A stretch of DNA of 64,000 nucleotides, from positions 112,492 to 176,491 of the forward strand of contig OY762429.1 of NCBI GenBank assembly GCA_963665655.1, given 5' to 3'. A model generated the notes under the pieces. It was not told the origin of the DNA, searched no databases, and was given only the letters and a program-made list of their open reading frames with translations. This document shows, in pieces, positions 1-8,490 of this stretch; position 1 is the first letter of the stretch, and each line of letters opens with the position of its first letter. The stretch comes from Terriglobia bacterium. GTDB lineage: Bacteria > Acidobacteriota > Terriglobia > Versatilivoradales > Versatilivoraceae. The translations under genes and the position numbers were made by a program.

Positions 1-1004
1 TCTACCAGGCCCTGGAATCGGCCCAATTGGCCCAGCCCGGGGCAAGCAACATCGTCGACGTGGTGGCCTGTCCGGGAACCGACACCTGCAAGCTGGGGAT
101 CTCTTCATCGAGGGGGCTTGCCGCCGAGCTCCAGCGGCGGCTGGCCGACAAGGGCGCGGAGTTGGATCAATCCATCCAGGATCTGCACATCAAGGTCAGC
201 GGCTGCTTCAACAGTTGCGGGCAGCATCACATCGCGGACCTGGGATTTTATGGAGTGAGCCGAAAGGTCGGCGGTTACGCCGTTCCCCATTTTCAGGTGG
301 TGCTGGGAGGCCAGTGGACGCAGAATGCCGGCTCCTACGGCCTGCCCATCGTGGCCATTCCCTCCAAGAATGTTCCCGAGGCGGTTTCCCGCCTGGGAGA
401 GCGCTACGTCAGCGATCGCGTCCAGGGAGAAAGCTTTCAGGACTTCGTCAAGCGCACCGGGAAGCTGCAGGTCCGAAAGCTGTTGGAGGATCTGGCCAAG
501 GTTCCGGGCTATGAAGCCGACAGCTCCTACTTCAGCGACTGGGGAGACCCCCGAGAATACAGCATCAGCGACATCGGTAAGGGCGAGTGCGCCGGCGAGG
601 TGGTCACAGCGGTGGAGTTCGACCTGGCGGCAGCCGAGCGTCAGGTCTTCGAGGCCCAGGTATTCGGCGAGGGGGGAGACTTCCAGAAGGCGGGCCGGAC
701 CGCCTACGGAGCCATGCTCCATGCAGCCAGGGGACTGATTAAATTGGAGTTCCTGGATGTAGCCGATGATCCGGACGAGATCGTGGCCCAGTTCCGCACC
801 CGGTATTTCGACACCGGGAAGATCTTCGACCCCTTTGCCGGTCCCAAGTTCGCCAATTACCTCTTCGCCGCCCACCGAAGTTCGGGCAACGGCCACACGC
901 CGGAATCTTCCAGGCGGCTGATCGAGGAAGCCCAACTCTTTATCGAGGCCTGCCACGGCTGTTTCAACCGCATGGGTCTGACTCCCAGCGCCGCCACCGC
1001 TTGA
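1..1004 (+). CDS. Sulfite/nitrite reductase hemoprotein (siroheme + 4Fe-4S domain), 5'-truncated by window edge, with ~150-aa C-terminal extension
   Basis: Reading frame continues from window start (frame of ORF 27..1004). CPGTDTCKLG and SGCFNSCGQHHIADLGF cysteine-cluster motifs are typical of the NiR/SiR beta-subunit family. C-terminal extension not recognised. Confidence 0.7.
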   Translation, partial: YQALESAQLAQPGASNIVDVVACPGTDTCKLGISSSRGLAAELQRRLADKGAELDQSIQDLHIKVSGCFNSCGQHHIADLGFYGVSRKVGGYAVPHFQVVLGGQWTQNAGSYGLPIVAIPSKNVPEAVSRLGERYVSDRVQGESFQDFVKRTGKLQVRKLLEDLAKVPGYEADSSYFSDWGDPREYSISDIGKGECAGEVVTAVEFDLAAAERQVFEAQVFGEGGDFQKAGRTAYGAMLHAARGLIKLEFLDVADDPDEIVAQFRTRYFDTGKIFDPFAGPKFANYLFAAHRSSGNGHTPESSRRLIEEAQLFIEACHGCFNRMGLTPSAATA

Positions 1005-1018
1005 CCCGCATTGCTCAC

Positions 1019-1597
1019 ATGGAAATCCAACACATCAACCTGAAGCTGCACCTGGAGCATTCGGGCGCGGTTGACCTGGAACCCTTGATCCCGATCTTTC
1101 ACGACTGGGTGCGAGAGCAGAGCTGCGAGGAAACCCTGGTGGATGTGGCCGACTACCGCCACGTGCCCGCCGGACCCGGCATTCTCCTGGTGGGCCACGA
1201 AGCCGATTTCAGCCTCGACTGGGGCGGCAACCGCCTTGGGGTCCTCTACAATCGCAAGGCAAGATTGGGAGGCGAAAACCATGACCGCTTTCGCCAGGCC
1301 TTGCGGGCAGTGCTGACGACCTGCAGCAAATTGGAGGAAGATGGCCGCCTGGATGGGAAGCTCGGCTTCGAGAGCCGGGCCTTCGAGCTTGGCGTCAACG
1401 ATCGACTGCTGGCTCCCAACAACCGGGAGACCTACGCTTCGCTGAGCCCCGAGATCGGCTTTTTTTGCGATGGATTGTTCGGTCGAAACAACTATGCGGT
1501 GACCCACCAGGCCGACCCGCGCCGGCGTTTCTCAGTGCTGGTGGAAACGCCTCGCCCCATGGACCGCGCCGGCTTGCTGAAGGCCCTGTCGCCGTAG
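1019..1597 (+). CDS. Hypothetical protein (~190 aa), function unknown
   Basis: ORF 1001..1597 whose start overlaps the upstream stop; ATG at 1019. Codon usage consistent with the high-GC host. No recognisable motif. Confidence 0.45.
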   Translation: MEIQHINLKLHLEHSGAVDLEPLIPIFHDWVREQSCEETLVDVADYRHVPAGPGILLVGHEADFSLDWGGNRLGVLYNRKARLGGENHDRFRQALRAVLTTCSKLEEDGRLDGKLGFESRAFELGVNDRLLAPNNRETYASLSPEIGFFCDGLFGRNNYAVTHQADPRRRFSVLVETPRPMDRAGLLKALSP

Positions 1598-1618
1598 CGC
1601 CGTCCCCGGGCGGGCTCG

Positions 1619-2701
1619 TCACTGGACCGCGCCCCCCAACTCCCTGGCAGCTTCCGCAATCACCGCTTCCAATCCATCCAGAGAGTCGTCGTTTCTGCTC
1701 TTGTAGAGACTCTCCAACTGAGCCCTGGCAGACTCGACCACCTGAGCGGGGGTGTCGTCCTTCAACACGATGACCTTGGCCAGGGCGGTGATGGCCTTGT
1801 CCCTCCAGGAAGCGAACTGAGCCTCCTTTTCCTCCTTGGCCGCGGGTTCGGGGTTTTCCTTCTGGTCCCATTCAGCCAGCTCCCGGCTGACGGCCAGCGC
1901 CTGATAGTAGTAGGCGATCCCCAACCTGTAGAAGTCGACACTCTCGCCCCGGTCCAGCGCCGTTGATTTCTCGTATTCCTCGATGGCACTCGGATAGTCC
2001 TTGCCGTTGAAGTGGATCAAGCCCAGGGCGGCATGAACCCGGGCCGGCAGGTGTGTTTTTTGTCGGACCCATTGAGCCACTGTCATCGTCGACGGTTTCG
2101 GCCCACTGACAATAGCCTCGACCCGACGCTGGGCCCGGCGGGCAATTTCAAGAGCCCTGTCCAATTGCCGGGCGCGGCCCGTCTCATCCTCGGGCAGGAA
2201 CCTGGGAAGCACCATCGAGAGCGTGAGAAGGGTCGGCAGATGGCGGGGCTCCACCGCCAGCAGCCTCTCGGCCGCCTCGATGGTCTTGCGCGGATCGTTG
2301 AGCTGCTGGTAGCCGCGGATCATCCGCTGAAGCATGAATATCCTGGGCGCCTTGCCGGCCTCGGGAAACTCCTGCAACGCCCTCTCTCCCGCTGAAACCA
2401 CCCTCGCATGGTTGCCCAGCGCGTCATGGGCCTGAATCTCCAATTGATAGGCCCCGAGGAGGTAGTCGGACTCGGGAAAGTCGGCGATGAACTTGCCGGC
2501 CAGCATTGCCTTTCGGCGCATATCCTTCTCGTTGTACAGTTGGGTGTAGGCGTCGAATTCCGCTCTGGTCTTGGGCCGGGGAGCATCCTGCTTCTGCTGG
2601 GCGAGGGTGGAGGCGGAGGCAAGCAAACCCGTTAGCAGCACAACCGGTAGCGGTCGGGCAAGATCCGTCAGGCGACCGATTCTGCTTGAGAGCTTTGCCA
2701 C
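1619..2701 (-). CDS. Secreted TPR-repeat protein
   Basis: ORF 1619..2776. Likely GTG start at 2701 preceded by a GGAGGGG SD, giving an N-terminal signal peptide (AKLSSRIGRLTDLARPLPVVLLTGLLASASTLAQQ). Helical TPR-like repeats through the body. Confidence 0.6.
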   Translation of the reverse strand: MAKLSSRIGRLTDLARPLPVVLLTGLLASASTLAQQKQDAPRPKTRAEFDAYTQLYNEKDMRRKAMLAGKFIADFPESDYLLGAYQLEIQAHDALGNHARVVSAGERALQEFPEAGKAPRIFMLQRMIRGYQQLNDPRKTIEAAERLLAVEPRHLPTLLTLSMVLPRFLPEDETGRARQLDRALEIARRAQRRVEAIVSGPKPSTMTVAQWVRQKTHLPARVHAALGLIHFNGKDYPSAIEEYEKSTALDRGESVDFYRLGIAYYYQALAVSRELAEWDQKENPEPAAKEEKEAQFASWRDKAITALAKVIVLKDDTPAQVVESARAQLESLYKSRNDDSLDGLEAVIAEAARELGGAVQ

Positions 2702-2898
2702 GTTTCCCCTCCTTTGGGACGACCGCGCTCGGTCCGTGAGGTTCCGCGCCAAGGCGTTGTCGCCGAGACCTGTCATTACGGCCGTTGAGGGCTCGGGTCT
2801 ACGGCATCAGGCTTTGGGAAGGTTTTAACCCAATTTTCCCACCTTTGCAAGAGTGGGATGTGCGTCCCATCTCCCTCCCCGGTTACCGGGGTTATTGA

Positions 2899-2923
2899 CA
2901 TCGATGCGCAGGATGCACAGGAT
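2899..2923 (+). repeat. Solo family-B TIR fragment (CATCGATGCGCAGGATGCACAGGAT) upstream of thrC
   Basis: Near-identical to the termini of the B1/B2 elements. No internal part present. Confidence 0.4.
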
Positions 2924-2953
2924 TCATTCGTGGTTCTTCCCGCCTCTTCCTGG

Positions 2954-4189
2954 ATGCGGCAGATGGAGTATACTGACTGCCGGTCCGATCCATCCTCCCC
3001 GCGGGAGTTGTTTCCGGTGAACCCCTTTGTGCTCCATCTGGAATGCAGCGCCTGCGCCGAAATCCACTCGCCGCGACAGCTGATCAATCTCTGTCCGTGC
3101 GGGAACCCCCTGCTGGTCCGCTACGACCTTGCCGCACTCCAGGCGAAGCTTCCCCGGCAGCTCCCGGGGGATCGACCTCAAACCATGTGGAGGTACCGGG
3201 AACTGTTGCCTGCGGGAAATTCGCAAGTCAGGATCAGCCTGGGCGAGGGTGGCACTCCGTTGATCGACGCCGCAAGACTGGCTTCCGGCCTGGGGTTGTC
3301 GCGCCTTTGGATCAAGGAGGAGGGCTCCAATCCCACGGGTTCCTTCAAGGCCCGCGGGTTATCGGCGGCGGTCACCATGGCCAAGGCCCTGGGTGCTGAA
3401 AGGCTGGCCATTCCATCGGCCGGAAATGCCGGTGGAGCACTGGCAGCCTATGCCGCCCAAGCCGGGCTGCAAGCCCACGTTTTCATGCCTAGAGACGTCC
3501 CACCCGCCAACCGCATCGAGTGCGAAACCCTGGGAGCCCAGGTCCACCTGGTGGACGGCCTCATCACCGATTGCGGCCGACTGGCGGCCCGGGAAGCCAG
3601 GGCCAACGGCTGGTTCGACGTCGCCACCCTGAAGGAGCCCTACCGGATCGAAGGCAAAAAGACGCTGGGTCTGGAACTGGCCGAGCAACTCCATTGGCGC
3701 CTGCCCGACGTCATCATTTATCCTACCGGAGGAGGGACGGGGCTGGTGGGAATGTGGAAGGCCTTCGATGAAATGCGGCAGCTGGGCTGGATCGATTCCA
3801 GGCAGCCCAAAATGGTAAGCGTTCAGGCCGTCGGATGTGCTCCGGTGGTAAAGGCGTTCGAGCAAGGCAAGGCGAGATGCGAGCCCTGGTCCCCCGCGGC
3901 CACTCTCGCGGCCGGATTGCGGGTGCCGCAAGCCATCGGTGATTTCCTGATCCTGGAGATCCTGCGCCGAAGCGGGGGTACGGCGGTGGCGGTAACCGAC
4001 GAAGACATGCTGGCCGAGGCCAGATCCATGGGACGAGCGGAGGGCCTGTTCGTCTGTCCGGAAGGCGGAGCCGCCCTGGCCGCTCTGAAGAAGCTGATCC
4101 GATCGGGTTTTGTCCGGCCTTCCGACGAAGTCGTCCTCTTCAATACCGGATCGGGGTTGAAGTACCTGCATCTGTTCGAAGCTTCATAG
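2954..4189 (+). CDS. thrC: Threonine synthase (PLP-dependent, with N-terminal zinc-ribbon)
   Basis: GSFKARG PLP-lysine motif, GGTPL motif, and N-terminal CxxC...CxC ribbon (LECSACAE...LCPCG). Start uncertain (ATG 2954 or GTG 3017); the ORF-track start at 2858 lies inside a repeat fragment. Confidence 0.85.
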   Translation: MRQMEYTDCRSDPSSPRELFPVNPFVLHLECSACAEIHSPRQLINLCPCGNPLLVRYDLAALQAKLPRQLPGDRPQTMWRYRELLPAGNSQVRISLGEGGTPLIDAARLASGLGLSRLWIKEEGSNPTGSFKARGLSAAVTMAKALGAERLAIPSAGNAGGALAAYAAQAGLQAHVFMPRDVPPANRIECETLGAQVHLVDGLITDCGRLAAREARANGWFDVATLKEPYRIEGKKTLGLELAEQLHWRLPDVIIYPTGGGTGLVGMWKAFDEMRQLGWIDSRQPKMVSVQAVGCAPVVKAFEQGKARCEPWSPAATLAAGLRVPQAIGDFLILEILRRSGGTAVAVTDEDMLAEARSMGRAEGLFVCPEGGAALAALKKLIRSGFVRPSDEVVLFNTGSGLKYLHLFEAS

Positions 4190-4242
4190 CTCCGGTGGGC
4201 GCCGCCCCGATTGCCAGGCCAAGGCCGCTCGGAACGCATTCC

Positions 4243-5445
4243 ATGACCGACCGACTCTACTATTCGGACAGCTACCTGACCGAGTTCGAAGCCCAGGTTG
4301 TTCAGGGGGAACAGGCAGGGAAGTTGTTTGAAGTGAGGCTGGATCGAACGGCCTTCTATCCCACCTCCGGCGGCCAGCCCCACGATCTGGGGTCCATCGC
4401 GGGACATCCTGTCGTCGAAGTGGATGATGGACCCGATGGGACCATCATCCATCGACTGGAGCACCGGCTCCCCCCGGACAGGGTCCGGTGCCGGATCCAT
4501 TGGCCCAGGCGATTCGACCACATGCAGCAGCACACGGGCCAGCATATCCTTTCGCAGTCCTTTATCCGAGTCGCTTCACTCGCCACCGTCGGCTTTCATC
4601 TCGGTACGGGATACTCCACCATTGATCTCGAAGCCGCCGAGGTCGACCTGGATGCTTGGCGCGCGGCCGAAAGTCTGGCCAACTCGATCGTCTACCAGAA
4701 CCGGAGCGTCACCCCGCGGCTGGTGCCTCCGGATGAGGCTGCCGGACTCCACTTGCGAAAGCCAAGCCGGCGGGAAGGAATCCTGAGAGTGGTCACCATC
4801 GAGGACTTCGATGTTTCAGCCTGCGGCGGCACCCATGTGAGGCAAACCGGGGAAATCGGTGGGATATTCATCAATCGGGTTGAGCGGGTGAACCGCCGGA
4901 CTCGCATTGAATTCGTTTGCGGAGTGCGTTCACTCCACTCCTATCGCCGCCGCTCTGAAGGCCTGGGTCGAATCGCCAAGGGACTCTCGGTTGCCCCTCA
5001 GGATGCCCCCGATCGAGTGGAAAGGCAGACACAGGAAATGAAAGCCCTGCGCAAGCGCTTGAAGGCAAAAGACGAATGCCTGGCAGGGCTGCTGGCCCAA
5101 GACCTTTTCGACCAGGCGCCCTCCACCCAGGGCGTCCGAATCGTGAAGCATCAATTTGAAGGAGAGGAGAGCGGCTTCCTCACCCTGTTGGCCCAACGCC
5201 TTCTGGCCTGCGGTCCTTGCTGGGTGGTGCTCGGCAACGGAGGAGAGCACGCGCAACTCCTCCTGGCCCGGAGCGAGTCTCTCGCCGGCGACCTTCGCCC
5301 GGTGATGAAAGAGTGCAGCCTCATGGTATCGGGAAGGGGAGGGGGCTCGCCTGCCCTGGTTCAGGGCGGCGGGAGCGACCCCGGTCAACTCCGCAACGCC
5401 CTGGATTGCGCGGCGCAGCGAGTCCTGGCTCTGGTGAATGGTTGA
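4243..5445 (+). CDS. AlaX-like alanyl-tRNA editing protein (tRNA_SAD domain)
   Basis: HxxxH (HMQQHTGQH) and CxxxH (CGGTHV) zinc motifs of the AlaRS/ThrRS editing domain. ATG at 4243. Confidence 0.75.
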   Translation: MTDRLYYSDSYLTEFEAQVVQGEQAGKLFEVRLDRTAFYPTSGGQPHDLGSIAGHPVVEVDDGPDGTIIHRLEHRLPPDRVRCRIHWPRRFDHMQQHTGQHILSQSFIRVASLATVGFHLGTGYSTIDLEAAEVDLDAWRAAESLANSIVYQNRSVTPRLVPPDEAAGLHLRKPSRREGILRVVTIEDFDVSACGGTHVRQTGEIGGIFINRVERVNRRTRIEFVCGVRSLHSYRRRSEGLGRIAKGLSVAPQDAPDRVERQTQEMKALRKRLKAKDECLAGLLAQDLFDQAPSTQGVRIVKHQFEGEESGFLTLLAQRLLACGPCWVVLGNGGEHAQLLLARSESLAGDLRPVMKECSLMVSGRGGGSPALVQGGGSDPGQLRNALDCAAQRVLALVNG

Positions 5446-5523
5446 GCGCACACGCATGCAGGGAGGGCTTGCATCAGCGCCGCCAAGCCTGTTCTGCTAT
5501 AATTATTCGCCCTCTGGCAGGAA

Positions 5524-8484
5524 ATGAACCGCATGGATCTGGACCCCACCCACCTCCAAACGATCGCTAAAGATTCCGGAGCCTCACCCAGGCAGGTTGC
5601 CTCCACCCTGGACCTGCTGGAAAAGCGGCCGGCCATCCCCTTCATTGCCAGGTACCGCAAGGAAGTCACGGGAAACCTGGACGAGCCCAGGATTCGCCGC
5701 ATTGCAGAATGCCGCGGCCGATATCGGGCGTTGCTGAAGCGACGGCGGGTGATTCTGGCCAGGATTGAAGACCAGGGCAAGCTCACCCAGGAACTCAAGG
5801 ACCGGATTCTGGCCTGCAACGACAGGATCAGGCTGGAGGATCTCTACGCTCCTTTCAAGCGCAAGGAAAGCAAGGAAGCCTCCGCCGCCAGAGAGAAGGG
5901 ACTGGAGCCGCTGGCCGAAAAACTGTGGGAACAGGAAGCCGGGGAATTCTCCGTCGAGGCCGTTGCCGAAGCGTTTCTCTCGGAGGAAAAGGCCGTTGCC
6001 ACCAGTGAAGAGGCCATTGAGGGCGCCCTGGCTATTGCGGCCCGGCGGGTAGCGGATGACGCAGCCATTCGAGGGGCTCTCAGGGCGCTGATGGCGTCGG
6101 ATGGGATGCTGGTATCCAAGGTCGTTGAAGGACACGAGGGAGAAAAGAGCAAATACGAAGGCTTCTACGACTACCGCGAGGAAATTTCCCGGATCCCCTT
6201 TCACCGCATGTCGGCGCTGCGACGCGGCGCCAAGGAAGGATTTCTGACCCTTGAAATCGAATTGGACGACCCCAAAGCGCTGCAGTTGATCAGGGACAAG
6301 CTGATCCGCCAGACCGATTCCCCCTGCGTTCCCCATCTGGAGAAAGCCATCCGGAATGCCTACTTCCACTCCTTGAAACCCCTGCTCCAGTCCGAAGTCC
6401 GATCCAATTTGAAGGAAAAATCCGACAACGAAGCACTAAAACTGATTCAGGCCAATCTTGCCAATTTGCTGTTGGCGCCCCCGGTGGGGTCGGTTCCGGT
6501 CATCGGAATCGATCCCGCAGCCCGGCCGGCCTGCAGGATAGCGGTCATCGACGGAAACGGGGGCTATCGCGAGCACGCCACCTTCGCTCCCGGCTTGCCG
6601 CGGAAAAACAGCGACCGGGCCGAGGCGATCCTCTACCGGCTCATCCAGCGCCACGGAACCCATGCCATCGCCATCGGCAACGGAGTCGGCTCACGGGAAA
6701 CCGAGCGTTTCATCAAGAGTTTTCTGACCAAGTATCATTCCGGGCACTCCTTCGATCTCTCTCTGGTCCGCGGCAATGCACCCAAGTCCGAGTCGCCGTC
6801 CAAGAAGGAGGAGAAGGTCAACGGCCAGGCTGCAAGCGAGGCTCCCGCCCCGGGAGGAGAAAGCCGGCCTCCGGCAACCGAGCCTCCGGAGAAGCCCGAT
6901 CTCCCCCGGGAAGATTCGCTTTCAGCCTCCGGCGGGAAGGATTCCGGGGCGGTGTCGGACCCGGTCCTGCACAACGGCAGAGCGGAAATCGACTCGGGAA
7001 GTGTCCCGGCCGACTCAGTGTCCGAGAAGGACTCCGCCGCCACGGACTCGACAGCGGCCGAGAGTGCGGCCGGTGCCGACCACGAAAGCAGCCGCCGGGA
7101 TGGCGAGACGGTTTCCAAGAGCCCGGTTGACAATGGCGCTCCCCTGCCGGCCGAAGCAGCACCCGCTGAGACGGAAACTCAGCAGGCTTCCCAGGAGTTG
7201 GAGCCGTCCCGGCGACAGACGATCTTCTCCGCCATCGTCCACAAGGGCGGAACGGCAGCCTATGCGAGCTCGGAGGCAGCGCGAAGGGAATTCCCCAAGC
7301 TGGACCTGGGCGTTCGTGGAGCCATTTCCATCGCACGGCGAATGCAGGACCCGTTGGCCGAATTGGCAAGGATTCAACCCAGGGCCATCCTGTCGGGTGC
7401 CGGCCCGCTCGAGGTTGACCCGAAGCGTCTCAAGCGGAAACTGAATGGAACGGTGGAGTCCTGCATCAACCAGGTGGGGGTGGATGTGAACGCGGCGCCG
7501 GCGGAATTGCTGGCTCACGTCGCCGGGTTGAATACCAGGTTGGCCCGAAGCATCGTCGAATACCGCCGGCAGCACGGTCCCTTCTCCTCACGCGCCCAAC
7601 TGATGGAGGTTCCAGGCTTTACCGAAACCAGCTTTGAGCAGGCCGCCGGATTCCTGCGGGTTCCCGAGAGCAAGCAGCCCCTGGACCGAACGGCCGTTCA
7701 TCCCGAGTGTTACAGCCTGGTGGAGGAGATGGCTGGGTCGGTGCAGGCAACCGTGGCTGAACTGATGGATAATCCCGAGAAACTCAAGGCACTGGATCTG
7801 AACCAGTTATCCAATGATCGGTTCGGACTGCCGACGCTGCAGGACATCAGAAGGGAACTGGGCCGCCGCGGGCGAGACCGCCGCAAAGCCTTTGTTCCAC
7901 CCTCGTTTCGCACGGACGTCAAGGAACTGTCGGATCTGCAAAAGGGGATGTTGGTCGAGGGCACGGTGAGCAACGTGACCAGCTTCGGGGCGTTCGTGGA
8001 TATCGGAGTGCAACAAGAGGGGCTGGTGCATATTTCCGAACTCTCCAGTCGTTTCGTGCAGGACGCAAGCCAGGCGGTCCACGTCGGCCAGGTGGTCAAG
8101 TTGAAGGTCATTGGAGTGGACACCGACACCAACAGGATTTCACTCTCGATCAAGGCCCTGCGGGTCAGGGAAAACTCCAGAAAGCGCAAGAAAAAAACGC
8201 CGCTCAAGACAGACTCCCGTTCATCCACACCCAAACCCAGGCAGGCATCGACCGACGGAAAGGGCAACCATCAGGAACGGCAACGCTCGGGCAAGCCGGA
8301 ACGGAAGTCTGTCGGCCGCAAGGGACGTCATGGGAAGAAGCGCCAGGCTGCCGCAGTCAAGTCCGCAGCCGTCCGGCGCAACCGGCCCAAAGAGCCTGAA
8401 GAGCAAGTTCTTCCGGACACCTCCAATCTTTCCTTTTCGGAGAAGATTCGCCTCCTGCAGGAAAAGTTCAGCGGGATCCGCTAG
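5524..8484 (+). CDS. tex: Transcription accessory protein Tex (YqgF/RNaseH-like, HhH, S1 domains) with a large low-complexity insertion and a basic C-terminal tail
   Basis: N-terminal Tex signature (IARYRKEVTG...), YqgF-like region (VIGIDPA..IAVIDGNG), C-terminal S1 domain (GMLVEGTVSNVTSFGAFVDIG). ~130-aa S/P/E/A-rich insertion and ~140-aa K/R-rich tail. Confidence 0.85.
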   Translation: MNRMDLDPTHLQTIAKDSGASPRQVASTLDLLEKRPAIPFIARYRKEVTGNLDEPRIRRIAECRGRYRALLKRRRVILARIEDQGKLTQELKDRILACNDRIRLEDLYAPFKRKESKEASAAREKGLEPLAEKLWEQEAGEFSVEAVAEAFLSEEKAVATSEEAIEGALAIAARRVADDAAIRGALRALMASDGMLVSKVVEGHEGEKSKYEGFYDYREEISRIPFHRMSALRRGAKEGFLTLEIELDDPKALQLIRDKLIRQTDSPCVPHLEKAIRNAYFHSLKPLLQSEVRSNLKEKSDNEALKLIQANLANLLLAPPVGSVPVIGIDPAARPACRIAVIDGNGGYREHATFAPGLPRKNSDRAEAILYRLIQRHGTHAIAIGNGVGSRETERFIKSFLTKYHSGHSFDLSLVRGNAPKSESPSKKEEKVNGQAASEAPAPGGESRPPATEPPEKPDLPREDSLSASGGKDSGAVSDPVLHNGRAEIDSGSVPADSVSEKDSAATDSTAAESAAGADHESSRRDGETVSKSPVDNGAPLPAEAAPAETETQQASQELEPSRRQTIFSAIVHKGGTAAYASSEAARREFPKLDLGVRGAISIARRMQDPLAELARIQPRAILSGAGPLEVDPKRLKRKLNGTVESCINQVGVDVNAAPAELLAHVAGLNTRLARSIVEYRRQHGPFSSRAQLMEVPGFTETSFEQAAGFLRVPESKQPLDRTAVHPECYSLVEEMAGSVQATVAELMDNPEKLKALDLNQLSNDRFGLPTLQDIRRELGRRGRDRRKAFVPPSFRTDVKELSDLQKGMLVEGTVSNVTSFGAFVDIGVQQEGLVHISELSSRFVQDASQAVHVGQVVKLKVIGVDTDTNRISLSIKALRVRENSRKRKKKTPLKTDSRSSTPKPRQASTDGKGNHQERQRSGKPERKSVGRKGRHGKKRQAAAVKSAAVRRNRPKEPEEQVLPDTSNLSFSEKIRLLQEKFSGIR

Positions 8485-8490
8485 CCCGCG

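Noticed and set aside
105-956. Many long antisense/overlapping ORFs (105..956-, 8221..10464-, 10489..11661-, 15553..16803-, 17978..19351+, 29059..31110+, 35872..37035-, 37693..39588-, 46820..48274+, 59409..60356+)
   Set aside because: They are typical high-GC shadow ORFs, Arg/Gly/Pro-rich and low-complexity with no motifs. Each lies opposite or overlapping a well-supported gene.
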